Part shown: positions 59,925 to 64,000 of the stretch, piece by piece | Layout: each line of letters opens with the position of its first letter | Numbering within the stretch: the first letter of the stretch is position 1 | Position numbers and translations under genes: made by a program | Assembly (NCBI GenBank): GCA_964016885.1 | Contig: OZ024744.1 | Span: 41,664,001 to 41,728,000, forward strand | DNA: 64,000 bases | Direction: 5' to 3' | From: Eledone cirrhosa | Lineage: Eukaryota | Notes under the pieces: model-generated | What the model was told of the DNA's origin: nothing | Database searches by the model: none | Seen by the model: only the letters and a program-made list of their open reading frames with translations

Positions 59925-62900
59925 ATTTTATTTATTGCATATTATTTACAATTTGCATGTTGGCAGGTCTCTCTGGAAATAGGGTTGGTGGGGGGAGGGG
60001 CACTGAGAGTATTACATGACCACGAGGGGAGCAGTGGCCCCCAAAATAGTGTAAGAAAATGTATGTAAATAATAACAATAAACAATACAAATACAAACAA
60101 AAGAATTCCCCAATAGAGGGTATACCACCCAGGAGCAACTCAGATAGCCCACCAATCCTGAATCACATGACACTTTGAGAGCACTCTTCTCTTCAAATCA
60201 ACCAGCCTACTGATGGAGAGATAGAGTAGGCCCATTCGCATGGGCCATTCTCACCACATCACCCACCTTTTAGCAAATGTACTGGGGAGCAGCACTTCTC
60301 TCTTCACCCTCACATGAAGAGAAAAGTGTCTGTCTTCAATCCTTTCAGTGTCATCCACCACACAACCTTTTACTACTGCTACCAGACAGGAAAATTACCT
60401 GCCCTTCCTGGCCAAAAGAAGGTGGCAGGACGATCTTCACTATGAACTCAGTTGACAGCTAGATTTATCCTACACACGAAAACAGCTGTTCAATAATACT
60501 CCATAAGTCAGTAATGCACGTGCACTGGACGAGTGCGGAACCGTTTCATCGCTCTGCACGCATCTCAGACAGGTCCATCTGACTGCAGCCCCACCTGTAG
60601 AGTTTATCTCAAACCAGCAGTGTTCCTCAGTAGCTCTGCTAAGCGAGGGATCCATAGCCTCTGGCTTGAAAGTTCTCTGGAACAGACGGGTCAGTTTGAT
60701 TTCATCGACACCCAGAGCCTCTCCAAGAATGTTGTCACACATGCCCACCACTAACCCTCTATAGAACTCTGGAGTGGAATTTCCACTGACCACATTGCCC
60801 ACCTGGTTGAGGTCAGTGAGCGTTTGGTAATATTCCAGATGCCAGGTGCCCAGTCATAGTCTCTTCTTAACCTAGGACTGTTGCTAAGTTAAAGAGATGA
60901 GCTACTGAAATGCCTATCTCACAAATGGCAACCACACTTGTTCACCATTTAAGAATATCTGAAGATGCTGTAGGCTCAGCACATGATTGCACCATCAGCC
61001 ACAGCATGCCCAATCCCTTGTGTGGATGATGCTGTTAGAAGATGGACCACCTCATCAATGGAACCTGTCCCTTCTACAAACAGTGGAAAAGCAGATGTTC
61101 CATTTTGATGAGCTGCGAACAGGGGCAAAGCATGATTGTCAGGTGGTAGTAGATGACAGACATGATGTATGTGTTGGCCACCTCAGCCTGACCTTTCAGG
61201 GATAGCTTCCTCTCAGCCTATTACTGGATGAGAGTGACCACCCTGTTTGTTACCTCATCACAGTTCTTATCCACCTGGAGGTCCTGTCCAAGGAATTTCA
61301 TTGGTCCATCTGTCCAGTGTCTGATAATGCTGTTGAATGACCAAGTGCCAAGCAGTGAACCCGCTGACTTTTCCGGGTTTAGTTTTGCTCCCATCAACCT
61401 TTCATATTTCTAAGAAGGTGCTGACCACCACTATTTCTGAGGTGCTTGACTCCAATATGGTGATGTCATCTGCATATGCCAACACAACTCTTCCACATCC
61501 CAGTTCAAGCAAGATAACCTGCAACAGCTCTAGCTTCAGCAGTAAAGGCTTGATAGTCAATACGTACAGAAGGGAGGAGAGGGAGCATTCTTGATGGACT
61601 AATCACGTGATATGAAACAGTTCTGAAAGGTAGCCATTTACTTTGACCACTGATCAAATGCATTGCAGAAATCCAGCCTCTGAAGACAGGACCAAAACCA
61701 GCCGCCTAAAGGACAGCTTGCAGGTATCAATGATCAACCCTATCATAAGCTTTGAATTGATCTAAATTGATCAGAACCCATCCAAAGCCAGGTTCACCTC
61801 TTTACCTCTCTATATCTGCTTGGCATCATTCAACTTTCATTCCCTCGTTTCTTAAAGCACGCACCTTAGCACTGACAATAATGCAACCTTCATGTTTTGC
61901 ATTGAAGAATTGGTCTAATGCCATTCTTGCCACTAGTATATCAGTTGCAATGTCACTTCTAATCGCCTCATCTAGTTTAATTACCAGCTCCCCCCTTTTC
62001 TATTCTTTTCTAATGCAACTTCTGCATGAGTTGGAGGTTGTCATGTATGGACCTGGTCAGGATTGTGCAAATGTGTGCACCGCCTACCAAACCCTCAATG
62101 ACAAGCACCAACCTCTTGACTAACACCTTGGCCAAAATTTTAAACTCTGTGTTTAACAGCATTATGGGCCTAAAATTGATTACAGTATCCCTCTTGTTCA
62201 CTGCTTTCCTTGTCAGCATCACTACACACCAGCTCACAGAACTGGGAATACAATCATTCTGCTGCCAGTTGCAGTAGACTGCATCAAGGAGATCAGAGAA
62301 CAAGCCTGGTTATTCTAAGTAAAACTCATAGGGCTGACTATCTAAACAAGGAGACTTGTGCCTCATGCAGCATCCAGAATCTAAGCTGATGTTATTGGCC
62401 TTTCACAGCACTCAGCATTAGCTGGGGAAAGTGGCAGGAAGCTGTCAAGGTAGGAACTGAAGTCCACTACCATCTCTGTCCCCCACCCTTGCGAACAATC
62501 AAGCAAAATGCTGGTGAAAGGCCTTACATATCTGCTTGGCATCATTCAACTTTCATTCCCTCGTTTCTTAAAGCACGCACCTTAGCACTGACAATGCAAC
62601 CTTCATGTTTTGCATTGAAGAATTGGTCTAATGCCATTCTTGCCACTAGTATATCAGTTGCAATGTCACTTCTAATCGCCTCATCTAGTTTAATTACCAG
62701 CTCCCCCCTTTTCTATTCTTTTCTAATGCAACTTCTTTACTAAAACCTATTGACATTACTCTAATCTCTCTTTTGAGAGCACCCCACCACCTATTGTTGA
62801 TGACTTCCCACCACCCTGTCAACTTACACTTAACTAAAGTGGTGACCTAGTCCCTGTAAGCTTTATGTGCCAGGAATAACATGTTCAGCTTCCATAAACA

Positions 62901-64000
62901 GGTCCTTACCTGCGTATCTTATCTAGGTCGAACATACAGATTGCAAACTTGTGATCTGAATAGGTGACCGTTTGAAAGTGTGGACAACCTATACTATCCT
63001 TATCTATTGTCCTAATAAAAAAAAACCGATCTATATACGATCTAGATGACCATATGTGGTTGGTCCAGATCCACACTGGTGCATTAGAGAAATCTAGTTG
63101 GTACCTGTCAGTTATAACTAGTTGATCAGATACTTGAAGCTTTTTCACACCCTGTTCCTATCAGCTATTCCTACACAATCCCAGCACGTGTCTAATATGC
63201 CTTTTCAGTCCCCCACTAACAGTAAAGGGTGAGACATTCCTTCCCAGAAAGGCTTCTAGATGCCTAAAGAAATCTGGTCATCAGTCCCAGTCAGGGCATA
63301 GACCACCAGTCTAAAGGCAACATCTTCACTATTGTTCACATCCAGGACCACCAACTTACCATCAGGGTCCAGGAAGAAAGCCCAGGCCTTTCCTAAAAAG
63401 CACTGCCACCCCATCCTTATTAGCATGAAGTTTGTGATTATGTTTGCTTGTGTTTGGATGATTGTAGTAGTGTTGGTGTTGTTGTGGATGTGTCTGTGTT
63501 TCTTGTTAGTGTAGTGTCTGCAATTTCAGTTGATTGTGTGTGTGGGATATTTGCAGTTTTTTTTCCATTGTGTTTGCATTTTTATTTTTTGCCTTCTTTG
63601 GTAGTCCATCGTCTTTGCTACTAGAAGATGAGGAGTCTGTGTTACTTTCTGATGTTGTGTGTCTTTGTGATTATCTGTGTGTTTATGTGTGTATTTGTTT
63701 TGCTAGGGGGAGGGGGAGAGCTTTCCTCGATTTCCTCTTTGGATGGCTCAGTCTTGCTTGCTGTTGTTGTTGGTTTAGCTGCTGCTGTTGCTTCTATTAT
63801 GATGCTGCCAGTGCTGGTGTCATTTGTTGTGGTCTTTTACAACCCAGCACTGGTGTGTCTTTCTGACCTCCTCTGTTTTTTACCTGCAGGCAGAAGGCTC
63901 GCAAATCTGTTGCTTCATCGCAGATGAAGCAGAGTGGTTTCTGCCCACAGTGACCACTTGTATTGTGGACATGTCTTGCAGGCAGACTTTATCTGGAATG
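59925..64000 (-). mobile_element. Old decayed Tx1/L1-clade LINE (ORF1 tail, ORF2 and 3'UTR)
   Basis: YCNWQQN, FRPIMLLNTEFKILAKVL, SIHDNL, SSRSYIDR, YSDHK, AYADD on the minus strand; many stops and deletions. Confidence 0.88.

Overview
Animal genomic DNA made almost entirely of transposable elements and microsatellites; no host protein-coding gene could be supported. The tRNA-headed SINEs resemble families I recall from octopod cephalopods (inference, not verified). From left to right: a Gypsy LTR retrotransposon nested in a decayed mariner, truncated Tx1/L1-clade LINEs, and RTE and hAT remnants. Next is a ~26 kb cluster (16.3-42.1 kb) in which three R4/Dong-like elements (- strand) and three full-length Tx1/L1-clade elements (+ strand, head-to-tail) sit in (ATT)n tracts. 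Penelope-like elements with hammerhead motifs, foldback repeats and older CpG-poor LINEs follow. The main finding is in all three full-length Tx1-like copies. The ORF1 stop codon lies inside a GTAAGT donor, and a 52-53 nt pyrimidine-rich stretch ending in YAG would splice ORF1 in frame onto ORF2. Two strongly diverged 5'UTR/ORF1 modules join a near-identical ORF2 at that same point. Splicing is predicted from sequence only. All coordinates were read by eye and element boundaries are approximate.
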